Positions 62,646-64,000 of a stretch of DNA of 64,000 bases are shown one piece after another. Made by a program: the position numbers and the translations under genes. Within the stretch, counting starts at the first letter, position 1, and every line of letters starts with the position of its first letter. Origin of the DNA: Mobula hypostoma (taxonomy: Eukaryota). Where the stretch lies: contig NC_086097.1 of NCBI RefSeq assembly GCF_963921235.1, forward strand, positions 188,048,001-188,112,000, read 5' to 3'. The notes beneath the pieces were generated by a model that saw nothing but the letters and a program-made list of their open reading frames with translations, was not told where the DNA came from and did not search any database.

Positions 62646-64000
62646 TATAGGAAGAGGTGCAGTCGACGTTTCAGGCCGAGACCCTTCGTCAGGACTAACT
62701 GAAGGAAGAGTGAGTAAGGGATTTGAAAGCTGGAGGGGAAGGGGGAGATGCAAAATGATAGGAGAAGACAGGAGGGGGAGGGATAGAGCCGAGAGCTGGA
62801 CAGGTGATAGGCAAAAGGGGATACGAGAGGATCATGGGACAGGAGGTCCGGGAAGAAAGACAAGGGGGGGTGGTGACCCAGAGGATGGGCAAGAGGTATA
62901 TTCAGAGGGACAGAGGGAGAAAAAGGAGAGTGAGAGAAAGAATGTGTGCATAAAAATGAGTAACAGATGGGGTACGAGGGGGAGGTGGGGCCTTAGCGGA
63001 AGTTAGAGAAGTCAATGTTCATGCCATCAGGTTGGAGGCTACCCAGACGGAATATAAGGTGTTGTTCCTCCAACCTGAGTGTGGCTTCATCTTTACAGCA
63101 AAAGGAGAAATTGCTCCTCCCATTGCCTCCAAACTAAAGGTGTAGCTATGGGCACCCGTATGGGTCCTAGCTATGCCTGCCTTTTTGTTGGGTTTGTGGA
63201 ACAATCTATGTTCCGTGCCTATTCTGGTATCTGTCCCCCACTTTTCCTTCGCTACATCGACGACTGCATTGGCGCTGCTTCCTGCACGCATGCAGAACTC
63301 GTTGACTTTATTAACTTTGCCTCCAACTTTCACCCTGCCCTCAAGTTTACCTGGTCCATTTCCGACACCTCCCTCCCCTTTCTAGATCTTTCTGTCTCTG
63401 TCTCTGGAGACAGCTTATCCACTGATGTCTAGTATAAGCCTACTGACTCTCACAGCTATCTGGACTATTCCTCTTCTCACCCTGTCTCCTGCAAAAACGC
63501 CATCCCCTTCTCGCAATTCCTCCGTCTCCGCCGCATCTGCTCTCAGGATGAGGCTTTTCATTCTAGGACGAGGGAGATGTCTTCATTTTTTAAAGAAAGG
63601 GGCTTCCCTTCCTCCACTATCAACTCTGCTCTTAAACGCATCTCCCCCATTTCACGTACATCTGCTCTCACTCCATCCTCCCACCACCCCACTAGGAATA
63701 GGGTTCCCCTGGTCCTCACCTACCACCCCACCAGCCTCCGGGTCCAACATATTATTCTCCGTAACTTCCGCCACCTTCAACGGGATCCCACCACTAAGCA
63801 CATCTTTCCCTCCCCCCCCTCTGCATTCCGCAGGGATCGCTCCCTACACAACTCCCTTGTCCATTCGTCCCCCCCATCCCTCCCCACTGATCTCCCTCCT
63901 GGCACTTATCCGTGTAAGCGGAACAAGTGCTACACATGCCCTTACACTTCCTCCCTTACCACCATTCAGGGCCCCAAACAGTCCTTCCAGGTGAGGCATC
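62646..64000 (+). mobile_element. Young PLE with inverted 5' pseudo-LTR (minus arm 62646-63098; plus-strand RT/linker from ~63113 to the window end)
   Basis: Both parts are near-identical to 47716-50805; contains GVAMG, RYIDD, TAG at 63430-63432 and the PGTYPCKRNKCYTC linker. Confidence 0.92.
62661..62696 (-). ncRNA. Minimal type I hammerhead ribozyme, intact core
   Basis: AGUC-CUGACGA-AGG(GUCUCGG)CCU-GAAA-CG-UC/GACU. Confidence 0.85.

Overview
Eukaryotic, AT-rich, repeat-dense genomic DNA, most likely from a cartilaginous fish such as a ray (inferred from the repeat families, not proven). The only host gene I can support is on the minus strand. Five GT-AG exons (35291-35436, 27956-28074, 6560-6694, 6318-6450, 612-721) splice in frame into 214 codons resembling vertebrate CNBD1 (cyclic nucleotide-binding domain containing 1); both gene ends lie outside what I could find. 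Almost all long ORFs in the track are retroelement remnants: CR1, Rex1/Babar, RTE, L1 and Neptune-type Penelope-like elements (PLEs). There are also solo LTRs, V-SINE-like SINEs and hAT/Charlie elements. Main highlights: (1) minimal type I hammerhead ribozymes (HHR) in the PLE 3' ends, with the two intact copies in the sense of the CNBD1 pre-mRNA; (2) several independent ~100-140 bp PLE remnants that all begin at the 5' edge of the ribozyme, plus hairpin-shaped remnants; (3) two young PLE copies sharing the same in-frame TAG; (4) a hAT element strikingly like the eutherian Charlie4 family; (5) one full-length CR1 split by many nested insertions. Family names come from motifs and recall, not database searches. 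Boundaries without a target-site duplication (TSD) are approximate.
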